From Camelus dromedarius (Eukaryota): 64,000 nucleotides of DNA. The stretch covers positions 26,910,001 to 26,974,000 of the forward strand of contig NC_087437.1 of NCBI RefSeq assembly GCF_036321535.1. The letters are read 5' to 3'. Positions 51,701 through 63,886 of this stretch are shown here, one piece after another (the stretch's first letter is position 1; the number at the start of each line of letters is the position of its first letter). A program made the translations under genes and the position numbers. Under the pieces are notes generated by a model, which saw only the letters and a list, made by a program, of their open reading frames with translations, was not told the origin of the DNA and searched no databases.

Positions 51701-53462
51701 TGAAGCTACCACCGTTGGAAGATTCCAGTTCACTGGCACTTTCCAAATATGAAAGAGAGGATGGAACCTATTCAGGATGAAAGATAGCAGGACTCCCTTT
51801 TGGCTGCAAGAAATGAGGGTAATGGGTTAAAACACACATTGGATAAGGTTGTCCTCTCAGAATGCAATTCAATCTTCAAGTACTTCAAGATGAACCATTT
51901 TGAAGTCAGTGAGAGTCAGTCTACGTGTTGTATAATATTTATCTTTACTCCACTTAACATTGAGAAGTTGCAGTGCTAAGAAGGGGAATCATGACAGTGA
52001 GAAAAAGGAAAACTAAGTGTGTTTTTTTGAATTGACAGTTACACCATAAAGTTAGCTGTTGAAATCTTATGATACCATCTTTCCTAAATGCTGTGAGTTT
52101 GTAAAACAGAAGTCTGAGTGAACAAGCATCATTTTTGTTTCCATACTTGTTGAACCAGGGAATAGATAAAGTGTAGTCAATGGGGTTTACTTTATACAGT
52201 AAGTTGATAAGCTAGCTATAATCGTGTGAATTAGGGTACCAAAACACTGATAGGATTCTCAAAACCGACAGCCATCTATCTTCTAAAGTTATAGGGAAAA
52301 AGTCCTGAACAAAATGCACAGATAAAATCATCATTTAAGGTGGTAATTGGAATGAATTTCTTTAATAAATTCTTTAACTGGGTAGCAAATAGGATTTAAA
52401 CTTCATTTCTTCAACCATTAGACAATCATAATAACACCAGATTGTAGAAGAGGGAAGGGAAAAAAAAATAACTGTTTACTTGATAGGATCTTAATAGTTA
52501 CTTTTTTAATGTCGTGTAAAGAAATTTGGTCTTTCATGTGCAGCAAAACAAAATAAGGTATTTATGTAATTCACCAGTTTGGGGGTATGAAAGGCATGAA
52601 CCTAGAAATAAATGCTTCTCCAACCCAGTCTGGCTCTTTGCCCCATGATAGCTACCGCCTTTCCCAACCCCTCAGGTGTGCCTCTTACTTCTCGACTACT
52701 TGCCTGGATCCGATTTGCCAGCCCAGCTTTGGTGGGATCTATGTGAGCAGCTCCCATCTATTTTTGTGCTTTTCCCCAGTCATGTAATTGGGATTTTTCA
52801 TTGTTCTGGGAGCTATTCCTGTCAATTCACACTAGGTGCGTTCGACATCATGACAGGTTCTAGGGATAAAATGATGAATAAGACAGCTGTCACAATCTAT
52901 AAAGGGAGAAAAATGAAACATGAATAATAATATTAGGTGACAATTGCACCCAGTTATGTACCCATTATAGAGGTGGCAGAGAGGAAAGGGTGAATATGCC
53001 TGTGTGATGGCATTGGAAAGGCTTTATAGAGGAGGAGACATCAGCACTGTGCTTTCAAAGACTAATTCAAATTTTCAGATTTAGCAGAAGGAAATATGGG
53101 CAGATTGGGAGTAGGTATTCCAGGTGGAAGGACAAAAAAAAAAAAGGCATGAAAAAATTAAAATATTTGCCACATTTTATGTAACTAACCTCTGTTTTGG
53201 TTCCTCTTCCCGTTTCTCCATTCTTATAATTTGCCGAAGTCCCATTCTCCTCCAAAAGAACTGAGTTCTGCCCCTGAATAGCAATCCTTTTTGATAGTGG
53301 CCATTAGAATTCCCTGATGCTGCCTTTCAGCCCCAGATCCTCATCTGAATGTCACCTGCCCCAATCCCCTATTTCTGCATCGACTTTCTAACTTGGATAC
53401 CTATTTGCCTGAGCTAAAATGCTGTGGTTGTGACTCTTGAATAATGAGCTTTGTCTCTGTTG

Positions 53463-53918
53463 TAGATCAAGTGCCCTCTGAAGTGGGACGTTTAGTTAAG
53501 GATTCAGGTGCAAGTGATTTAGAAAGGAGGGCTGCCTGGAGAAACAAGTGAGCAGGTGGAGGAGAAGCAGCCAAGCAATGGTGTGGTTTCAGGTGTAGCT
53601 TCAGACTCAGCCTGGTCCAACTTGTAGCTCTGCAGTATGAATTATCTTTATGAGGCTGTCTCATCTCAGGGGAAAGCAGTGGGGGATTTTGTTCCCACCT
53701 AGGAATCAGCCATTGGCTACAGTAGACCTGGCAGTCTGTGTATGTGGGGACCTAACCTACCAGGTACTTGCAGGCAAGGTAACTCCAGTACACAAGGGGG
53801 AGCCTCTGAAAGTCACAGGTTCAGCTGTTAGCAGCATTGCAATCAGAAGACAGTGAATGCTGGGAAGGAGGATCAGCAGGGAGCAGGAAGGTGAGTGTCC
53901 ACTGCAGCCTCACGCTGC
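53463..53918. mobile_element. Old MaLR LTR (MLT1H-K-like)
   Basis: ggattcaggtgcaagtgatttag...aatcagccattggct...cagctgttagcagc...gtgtccactgca. Confidence 0.6.
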
Positions 53919-54689
53919 ATCTCCCCCGTGTTCATGCCTCAGATGCCTCGTGGGCAGGGATGCTTTGGGCACCTGAATCTCGGACTTTTCCTTCCTGCTA
54001 GAATTAGCTGGGCTCTGCTGGGCCGTAAAATGCCTGCATTCCTGGGAAGCTATAGACCTTTCAAAGTTAACAAAAACTGAAGATGTTTTCATTTCTTAGG
54101 AGGCTAGTACAATTTCAGAGGAGCAGAGAGCTTTTGGTTGCTATCAAAATACAGTTCTATGCTGAATACAGAATTTGAAACTTTAATATGCACAAAATAA
54201 GAGTAAGATTGATCTTTGGATTTGAAAAGCATAGCTGTTTCCTAATCAGTATCCAAAGCAAGGTAAGGTATTTCGAGGATATTTTGTATTCAAATTTATT
54301 ATGCTCCGAATTCCATCTTTCTGACTAGAAGGTTTACTCTTGCTACAATATAAAAGCAAGTATAGGACAAGGGTATACAGCTAAATAATTTTTTGCAAAT
54401 TCAACCAGAATTTTAAAATATTTTAAGCTATGAGACAAAACTGTATGATTAGAAGTAATGTAGAAAAAAATGTGCCTTTTTCTCTATTATTCTTATGTGA
54501 GGATTACCCTAGTCATTTTCTCCCCTTTCTTCCTCTTTCTCCCAAATAAAATATTTTAAAAATCTCAAATTACAGAAGTTATAAAGATGTACATTTGTAT
54601 ACATCTATAAGAAAGACAAATATTGTATTCATGTGATAGAAATTTGTTGAAATTAACAACTTTCAGGTCAAATTAGAAAGCTAGCATTG

Positions 54690-55293
54690 TATAAATATAC
54701 CACAGCTTCTTTATCCAGTCGTCTGTTAACGGACATTTACGTTGTTTTCATGTCTTGGCTATTGTAAATAGTGCTGCTATGAACATTGGGGTGCATGTGT
54801 CTTATCAAATTAGTTTATACAATGGAATACTACTCACCCATAAAAAGAGTAAAATAATGCCATTTGCAGCAACATGGATAGATCTGGAGATCATCATTTT
54901 AAGTAAAGTAAGCCAGAAAGAGAAAGAAAAATACCGTATGATATCACTCATGTATGGAATCAAAAAAAAAAAAAGATGGCAACGACATTAATGAACTTAT
55001 CTGCAAAACAGAAACAGACTCATACACATAGGAAACAAACTTATGGTTACCAGGGAAAGCAGGTGAGAAGGGATAAGTTGGAAGTTTGAGATTTTCAAAT
55101 ATTAACTACTATACATAAAATAGATAAAAAATAAATTTCTTCTGTGTAGCACAGAGAACTATATTCAATATCTTATAGTAACCTATAGTGAAAAAAATAT
55201 GAAAATGAATATATGTATGTATATGTATGACTAAAACATTTTACTGTACACCAGAAATTGATACATTGAAACTGACTACTTCAATTAAAAAAG
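54690..55293 (+). mobile_element. L1 3' end with 5' inversion (twin priming)
   Basis: 54690-54813 is antisense and 54814-55293 is sense with an A tail. TSD aagctagcattg (54678-54689 / 55294-55305). Confidence 0.92.
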
Positions 55294-56934
55294 AAGCTAG
55301 CATTGATTCAACCTAGTATCTAAGCCTAAGTTGTTATTCAGAATTACTAGCATAGCATAGCATAGTTACTGCTGTGAACCAAATGAGTTAATTTGTATGT
55401 ACTATGGTTTAAATATCTTCTGCTTTTACTCTATTTCTTGGAAAATTGGTGGTTTATGTACAATAATTCTTACTTAATAAGACTATCCAGTTATTCAGTT
55501 TCCTGTCATTCTGAATAAATGGGCACTGGCTATGTCTTTGTTTCCATCATACTATGTTTGTGGTGACGTCATACTCCAATTTTAAAGATAATTTTATTTG
55601 TCACACCGGAATTGGCCAATGCCTGGAAAGGTTACATCTGTAAAGTAAACAGAGAACACTATGGAGCCAGGTGGAGCCCTGATGATTTGTTTACGCTGAA
55701 CATTGATTTTTTTAAAACCTCATTTCCCTGTTTTGTTACAGAAGGCAGTGGAAAAAAACCCCAGATTACTATGTTGTAAAAACGGATCCTTGATATTCTT
55801 CCTGTTGATCTAGGGAGACGCTGACATCCACTTTGTTACCTTTGCCTCTAGAGGTAGGAGTGAAGGTCATTTATGCTATGATGCTTGGATGTTTCTTCAA
55901 ACACAGGAGAGTAACAGATAAAAGGAAATGACGTGTGGAGTTGGCATGGATGGCAACTGTCAATGGGAGGAGAGATTACACTATTTATCCACATTTGTGA
56001 CTATAGGTCATTTTCCTTCATGTTCTAATTTTTATAACTTTATTCAAATAGCAAGTAAACATTAGCATTTTCCTTTTGTTCCCAACAAATGTTCCTGGTA
56101 ATACTTTGAGGACAAGGGTACTTTTTGACTCACCTTGGTTACATTTGAATGATAATGAATGAAAATATAGATGACTAAAACATTTTATTGCTTACCTTGG
56201 AAATTGATAGTTTTACAACTTTACCTTAGATAGAAGAGTACAAACAAGTAGTAGTCTTTCAAGAAATGTCTATGGAATTTTAGTTCATAATCTTGTTGGA
56301 ATTGTCATTCCTGAGTTGAGTTCAAGTCATTCTTTATTTAAATTGCCTATAAATTGAAAAATTAATAAAACAGTCTTTTGATATGTTCCTATTTAGTGGC
56401 TGGATCTTCATTTGGTCTTTTAAGTAAAAGCTGTAAAAAGAAGATGGATGATGCATTTTCCCAGTACTCTTGAAAAATGTATAAAGATTTAAATTGAACA
56501 GAATTTCACAAAATATCAGATGCATTGTCTCCTTTTAGTAGACTCTTAGTGTGGTACACAGGAGATACTCATTTAGCAGTTACTATGGATATGAGGCTGG
56601 ATATTGATTTATTAATACATTTTCTCATTAAAGCTATATGTTTTATGTATTTATATACACAGCATATTCTAAAAGTGTTTACTGATACCAGTAGAGCAAG
56701 AATTTAAATTTCTCTACCAAGTGGTATGTCGAAGTGAGTCCTTCTGGACCAGAATTCACTTCCCAATTACATTGGCAGTAACTTGAATTGCAAAAGCTCT
56801 ACTTAAATGATTGAGATGTGATCCCTACAGAGGCAGGGATCACTGATGGACTTTATGAGGCTTAATCATGGTTTCTTAAGGGGGCAGTTACCCTGGAAAG
56901 TAGTTAATAGCACAGATTGTCATATCCAACTGTT

Positions 56935-58365
56935 ATATCCAACTGCCAATTCATCGGGAATTCCTCTTGGCTCAATCTGTAAAATATATCCAGCATCTGA
57001 CAACCTGTTACCATTCTGCCCCCGCTCTTCCAGGACACCAACCCCTCTCACTTGAATTGTTGCCATAATCTCCTAACTGATTTCCCTGTTACTACTGCTC
57101 CCTCTAGGTTCGGTCTCAACACAGTAGCAAGAGAAATCCCTTGAAAACATGAGTCATGTAATGTTGTTCCTCAGCTTAAATCTTTCAGTGATAGCCCACA
57201 TCACTCTGAGTGAAAGCATAAAGCACTATCACAGCCTTCATGTTCTACAGAACCTGCTTCCCTCTCCCCATCACCTCTTTGACCTGGTATCCCATGAATT
57301 GCCCCCTTTCCTTTCCTCCAATCCCTCTTCTCCAGCCTCACTGGCCTCTTCACGCTTCCTGCCTCGGAGTTGTCTCCTTTTCCCCAAATATCTCCATTGT
57401 CTACCCTCTCATTTTTTTCAATTCTTTGCAAATGTTTCACGTTATGTTCTCAATGAGGCTGCCCTTTACCCCCCATCTTATTCTACTCTCCATCCCTTTA
57501 ACATGTTTTTTCCCATTTACTTTTTTTTTTATTGTTAATTTTATTTTTTCTATATATATTTTTGCTTTGCAATGTCGTATTAGTTTCTGGTGTACAGCAT
57601 AGCAATTAGATATATCTAGATATAGATACAGATATAAAATATATATTCTGTTTCATTACAGGTTACTACAAGCCATTGAACATAGTTCTTTGTTCTATGC
57701 AGTAAGACCTTGTTGTTTATTCTTTACATAGTTTTTATCAGCCAATCCCAAACTCCCAAATAATCCCTCCCTCTTCTCTGTGCCCCCTAGTAACCATAAG
57801 TTTGTCTCCTATATCCATGAGTCTCTTTCCATTTTGTAAATAAGTTCATTTTTGTCATTTTTTTAGAGTCCACATTTAAGTGGTATCATATGATGTTTGT
57901 CTTTCTTTGACTTACTTCACTTAGTGTGATAATCTCTCGGTCCATCCATGTTGCTGCAAATGATATTATTTCATTACTTTTATGGCTAAGTAGTATTCCA
58001 TTACATATCTATGAGATACATCACATTTTCTTTATCCATTCATCTGTTGATGGACACTTAGGTTGCTTCCATATCTTGGCTATTGTAAATAGTGCTGCTA
58101 TGAACATTGGGGTGCAAGTGTCTTTTTGGATTAGAGTTTTCTCTGGATATATGCCCAGGAGTGGGATTTCTGGATCACATGGTAAATCTATTTTTAGTTT
58201 TTAAGGAAACTCTATACATATTATTTTTGTATCTTCCTTTTCCTCTTCCATTAGAATATGAACTTCATGAAGAAAGGGATTTGACTGTTTTGTTCACTGA
58301 TGTATCCTCAGGACCTAGCACATTATAGACGTTCAACAGATATTTGTTAATGAATGAATGAATCC
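56935..58365 (+). mobile_element. L2, interrupted by an L1
   Basis: aaaatatatccagcatctgacaac...ctccagcctcactggcctc; the end tagaatatgaacttcatgaag...atatttgttaatgaatgaatgaat. Confidence 0.8.
57520..58215 (-). mobile_element. 5'-truncated L1 3' end
   Basis: gacttacttcacttagtgtgataatctctcggtccatccatgttgctgcaaatg...atatgcccaggagtgggatt. Confidence 0.9.
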
Positions 58366-59034
58366 ACTGCTATTTTATGACAGTGGTAGAAAAGAGTGCT
58401 TTGGTCACCATAACATGGGCTACTACCTTCTGCTGAAATGTGTTGGTATCTTCAAGGGGGCACCAATAAATAGTTCCCCCTGCCTGGTCTAGGTCTAATT
58501 GATAAATAAAGCTAAGTTTCAGCAGAAAGAGGACAAAATATCACATTATTGAAAGGACCAGTGAAAGGACATGCTTATTTCTGTAGGCAAATCAGTTACC
58601 TAGGACTGAATCCCCAAATTAGACACATGTATCTGCAAAGCAGCACTGGACCACAGCAAATCTCTCTGAACAGGAGAGGAATGAGTTCCCAGGGAAGCAG
58701 AGAATTCCCACTCCCCAGAATAAGGAAAGAGGAAGGAGCTGGGCTAGTCGTGCAGTTTCTCCTTCCAAATTCACAAATAACATGTTTTCCTTCTTGGAGG
58801 TGAGTGAGAAGTGGAGCAGTTGATGGGATACAGTAGAGAAATGTGTGGTGAGAGGATGGAGAGGCCAGAAGTGTTACCCTAAAAAATATCTCTTCATACG
58901 GAAGAAAACATCAGGTGGGGAAGAAGTATTGTCCCCTAATGATACCTGTACTGTTCTTCTCTTGAATTTTTTTTTTTTTTATGGTTAGAAGTAATAGATC
59001 TCACATATTTGAAATTGTCACTTTTGCTTTCAGC

Positions 59035-59560
59035 AAACCCAGAGATTACTAGGGATTTGGGCTTCATCTGAAGGTTCAGGGAATGATGGAAGGAGTTTAG
59101 CAAGCTGGTGACATGGTTAGATGTGCTTTTAGTAAGATCACTGGTGGGAGGGTAGAGAATGTTGGACGGGAACAAAACTAATGCCATGTGTCCAGTTGGA
59201 GGTTGTAGGTGTAATTCAGATAAGAACCAACTAGAGCCTGAGGAAAGCAACCAGATTCTGGAACTATTGAAGAGGTGGGGCCTCAGGACTCAGTAATCAC
59301 TCTGTATGAGGAGAGAGAGAGGAAGCATCAAGGATGTCAGTGTTTCGTTAGGGCGGTTTCAATGGAGTCCAAGTGGAGAAGCACTGGGAGGTGACAGAGG
59401 AAACACTAAGGACCCTGTAAGAACCATCAGCGAATGGGTGGTAAGACTTTGAAGAGTGGCCAGAAGAAACCAGGGTGAAGAAGGGTTTTAGGATGGAAGC
59501 CTTATTAGCAAGTTAACATGATGATGAGCGGAGAACAGAGAAGAGAGAAGGAAGAGAGAG
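59035..59560 (-). mobile_element. Degenerate L2
   Basis: atggaaggagtttagcaagctggtgacatggttagatgtgcttttagtaagatcactgg. Confidence 0.6.
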
Positions 59561-60474
59561 GATAGGAGATGTCTGATAGATTAAGGACCCTGGGAGGTAG
59601 GAGGCAGAGTCTTGTGTAGACAGGATGGACAGGAAAGAGGCAGATATGAGGAATTCACAACTCTCTCCTCCTTTGAAAGTAGCATCAGAGCAGTGATGAA
59701 CAGATGCTGAGTGAATTAATGAATCAGCGCATGAAAAGATGCATGAAATGCTGGACATGTTCAGGCAAGCCTCAAACAGCAGAACTCTAACAAAGGCGGG
59801 CATGTTCTCAAGATAGGGGTGGTGGACCTCTAGTGGCCAAAAAGAAAACCCAGAAATCTAAAGGCCGAGAAAAAAATTGGAATAAAGTGGCTGAGGAAAT
59901 TTTATTTACAAAAGAACAAACAGATAAAAACTTTGCCCTACAAGGCTGTCGATCTTGTTGTGTGTAATCTTTGCTGTGTTGTTTCTTATCGATAGGGTTA
60001 ATGGCATATGCCTTAAGAATTCAGTTTTATAATCAACTACTTAGAGTGAATGGCTTATAGAAATGAAGCCACTAATATTTTCATTATGATTAAAACTTTT
60101 AAAAAATACCTGCAGGAGGGGACTAATTAATTATGTGTGGAATTTCATGTACAAGCTAGATAAGATAAAAGTATTTATTCATTTTCAAATAGAGAAAAGG
60201 GGAAGAGACAATTATAACCAAAGGAGCCGTTGATTGTCAGTCTCAAATATGATGAAAAGAGTGAATGTAAAATCAACAGCAGCAAGAGGATTTTTTAATT
60301 AAGGAAAAATATAAAACAATAGAAAGAAGGATGAAAAACAATTTTAAAACATAAAAGTTAATAATGATATCCTAAAGTCAAGATATTTTGAGTAAACCAG
60401 TGAAGAATTATTTGTTGATGTAAACTATGATTCTTTTATGATCCTGAGTGTTTTCTAAAACAGACCAAATTCAG

Positions 60475-60556
60475 TGTATGCACCCCACAGGACTGGGGGT
60501 GGAGGAGCACCATGTCTCATTGAGACAGGACGCTGGGTGCGCCTCCACCCCCAGGC
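60475..60556. repeat. Palindromic minisatellite unit (left flank of ERV)
   Basis: Arms 60493-60511 and 60536-60554 are reverse complements at 18/19. Inner hairpin tgtctca-t-tgagaca. Confidence 0.85.
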
Positions 60557-60566
60557 CTTGTGCTTA

Positions 60567-60594
60567 ATTGATTGATTGATTGATTGATTGATTG
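60567..60594. repeat. (ATTG)7
   Basis: Direct reading. Confidence 0.95.
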
Positions 60595-60595
60595 A

Positions 60596-63207
60596 CAACG
60601 CAGGTTCCCTGTGACCTGGTTGATTCAGAGCTCAGGTTCCTACTACTCTAGGTTTTTCCTTTCCCCTCCCTCTCCCTTTGCCTAGTGCTCATTTCTATTT
60701 AAGCTACCTAAGATTCCCCTCTCTAGTCATAAGACCCCAAATCTTGGGGATGTAGAGAGTGAGAACTAGAACATTCTAGCTACTTCCTGCTGATCTGGGG
60801 CAACGATGGAGCTCATTGGGGTCCCAGACTAGCTGGCTGTCCTTGGCAAGATGTGAGTGAAGGGTTGGTGTTCATTGAGGGGCTTGTATATAAGTGGTCT
60901 TGGCTAATTGATTGATTACCTTGTTATATAATCATTTGAAGTTTATCTCTAGATGAGAAGAAACACGTGTCATAAGAAGGTTGAAAAGATAGGGGGCAAA
61001 TATATAGAGCTAATCGTAGCCAAAGGACGAAAGGGGCAAACAAGGGTCTTAAAAAAAAAAAAAGTGGTTTCTGTGCTTTCTAAAGTTGGTTTAGGTTTTA
61101 GAAAGCAGATGTTGGAGTGTTAGTCCAGTGAACTAAAGGAGGAGTAAAAAGAGGGACCCTAATGTCAGAGACATTTCAAATTAGTATTAAAACAGTTTGG
61201 TGGGGGCCCTAAAAGAGAAAAGATTTGAACCAGGAGACATTGAAGAAAGAGGTTTATCTGTCAGGGATCCATAGTCCCCTAGGGCGATGTCACCAGTGTT
61301 GCTTGGAAAGCAGTCACAGATCACTAAGAGGTTCCCAGGAATATGTGGCTCCCATCGGTGAACCAGATCTCATCAGGGTTTTCCAGGGGTTGGTCGGTGA
61401 GATCTGTTCTAGCTCCTAGAGAAATGGATAGGGTTTCATGACATATATGAAAGGGAAGAGACTGGTCTGGTGGAGGTAATAGTGTAGCAGGGTTGAGTGT
61501 CCCACAAACGGAGACAGTGACATCTGGGTTTTCCAGTAATGATGCCTGATATTTAAGAAGCCAAGCATCTGAGAGCCAGGAATGTCCCTTGCCTTTTAAA
61601 AGGTCAGAGACTTGGTTAGCTTATGCTTGTATAGGGGACCCCAGAGTTAGCTTAAAAGCTTCCTCAGGAGAGCGGAGAGGGCTCCCAACACTCTTAGGCA
61701 GGAAGGCCAGCCTCAAGCAGTGGGATCTAGCCGCGTGGAGAGGTATCCCTTAGGCTGCTGGGTAGGACCCAGCCATTGCGTGAGGACCCCCAAGGCTATT
61801 CCTCCTCTCTCATGAACACAGAACTGGAAGGGCCTGTGGGATCTGGAAGCCCCAAGGCCGGGGATCTTACTAGGAGGTTTTTTAATTCTTCCATTGCTTC
61901 CTGTTGGGAAGGACCCCACTGGAGAGGTACTAAGTCATCCTTACCCTTTAAGCTGTCATGTAGAGGTTGGGCTATGGACCCATAGTTAGGGGTCCTAAGC
62001 CTACAGGAATCTGTTAGTCCGAGAAATGCTCTGAGCTGTTTTCAAATAGTGGGATTAGGGAGTTGTAAGATTCCCTGAGTTTGTCCAGGGGAAAGGTTTA
62101 CGGTTTCCAGGAGGCAGACCAACTCCTAGATAAGTGACCTCTTGTTTGACCATTTTGACCTTGGACTTGGAAACTTTATATCCCCACTTGGCCAAGAAGT
62201 GAAGGGTTTGGATTGCATGTTGGATGGTCTATTCTTGAGTAAGGGGGCAGATAAGTAAGTCACATATTGTTTCGATTAGGGAACCAGGTAGGATCTCTGA
62301 GGGAAGTGACACCCGGAGCAGCCGTCTTTGCTCGCCCTGGGACGCCTTGATCCCAGACAGCAGGATTAATTTTATTCTCCCAGGCCTCTGGGTCCAGAGG
62401 TTTTTCTCCTTCCCCAGAGAGCAGTAAGAGTTGTAAAGAGGTTTCTAAGTGAAGTCAGCCAGAAAGAGAAAGAAAAATACCATATGAGATCGCTCATATG
62501 TGGAATCTAAAAAAAGAAAAAGAACATAAATACAAAACAGAAACAGACTCATAGACATAGAATACAAACTTGTGGTTGCCAAGGGAGAGAGGGGTGGGAA
62601 GAGACAGACTGGGAGTTCAAAATTTGTAGATACTGACAGGCATATGCAGAATAGATAAACAAGATTATACTGTATAGCACAGGGAAATATATACAAGACC
62701 TTGTGGTAGCTCACAGTGAAAAAAAATGTGACAATGAATACATGTATGTTCATGTATAACTGAAAAATTGTGCTCTACACTGGAATTTGACACACAGTGT
62801 AAAATGACTATAACTCAATAAAAAATGTTAAAAAAAAAAAAAAAGAGTTGTAAAGAGGTGAAAGTTTGGGGACTTTTTCCCAGGATAACTCGGGTTCCCA
62901 ACTCGTAAAGAAGATCTTGGCCTAAAAGGGTGCTAGGACGTGCTGGCACGCATGAGAAAGAACGTGCGCATGGCGTTCATCCCATAAACAACAAAGGGGT
63001 GAGTAAAGAATCTTAAGGTCGGTTTACCTGTGACTCCCATGACGGGACAGAATCTAGAGGAGAAGAGTCTGGAGAAGGAAGTTAGGACAGAGTAGGTTGT
63101 CCTGGTATCCAAACAGAGTGATTGTCCTACCTGCCACATCCACTTTTACCCGTGGCTCCAACCCAGTGATGAAGATCTCTTGCGTTGGGGCTGACTGGAG
63201 GGGGCTT
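60596..63207 (-). mobile_element. Class I (gamma-like, ERV1) endogenous retrovirus remnant: pro, deleted pol, env-TM tail, PPT, partial 3' LTR
   Basis: Minus-strand motifs: ITGLEPRVKVDVAG, LDTRTTYSVL, LLGQDLL (protease); INPAVWDQGVPGRAK, FLAKWGYKVSK, KQLRAFLGLT, PALGLPD, ALGVLTQ, GWPSCLR, LNPATLLP (RT/connection); EIWFTDGS (RNase H); YSWEPLSDL (end of pol); FAPYLFNLLMTRVSS (env TM). PPT AGAGAGGGGAA at 60714-60724. Confidence 0.92.
62443..62842 (+). mobile_element. Young L1 3' end inserted in the ERV
   Basis: A tail. Perfect 17-bp TSD aagagttgtaaagaggt (62426-62442 / 62843-62859). Confidence 0.95.
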
Positions 63208-63209
63208 CT

Positions 63210-63624
63210 TTATGTATGTGTGTGTACACACACACACACACACACACACATATTATATAATATATAAATATTATATATATACATATCCATACACAGACAT
63301 GTATATACCATATATATATTATATATGTATATATAATATATATTATATATCTTCATACACTGACATGTGTATGAATATATACATATTTAATATACATATT
63401 ATATATGTATATATATAATATACATATTATGTATATATACATATTCATACAAAAACCTGTGTAATTATGTACCCCCATATAATAGACAAGTGATACGAGT
63501 GCACGTCCATTCCCAGACCTGGGTGTGGATGTGTACCTGTTTAATAGACACATGATAAGGGTGCACTGCGCCTCCACCCCCAGTCTGGGGGTAGAGAGGC
63601 ACCCCGTCTCATAGATACATGACA
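63210..63624. repeat. (TG)/(CA)n tract, then a degenerate ~62-67 bp palindromic minisatellite (right flank of ERV)
   Basis: Equivalent junction motifs at 63288, 63354, 63446, 63508 and 63575. The outer units match the left-flank unit. Confidence 0.75.
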
Positions 63625-63770
63625 CAAAAAGATAGAGAATTTGTCCCTCCCTGTTAGTTGCTGAAAGCAGTACTATGGGATGTACTTCAGGAAGAAGGAA
63701 ACGGAACCCAGAAGGAATGATATGCAAGGAGATATGGCGAGCAAAGAAACTGGTAAACATGGAGCAATAT
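63622..63770 (+). mobile_element. Ancient L1/HAL1 ORF1-end remnant
   Basis: tgctgaaagcagtactatgggatgtacttcaggaagaagg...gagcaaagaaactggtaaacatg. Probably continues a remnant at ~60200-60474. Confidence 0.55.
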
Positions 63771-63886
63771 AGAAACAGCCCTTGCTCATCAAAAAACAAC
63801 AGCAATAATAGCTAATTTGGGCAAAAATAATTACTAGAAAAGAACGTACATTATGGAAGATGGAGATGGTTGAAATCAATGCATTT

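Noticed and set aside
63457..63624. 5' LTR of the ERV
   Set aside because: It does not match the 3' LTR start at 60713, no PBS or gag follows, and it is made of tandem palindromic units.
60475..63624. CRISPR-like or prokaryotic repeat system
   Set aside because: Mammalian context; the repeats are degenerate tandem units without unique spacers or cas-like ORFs.
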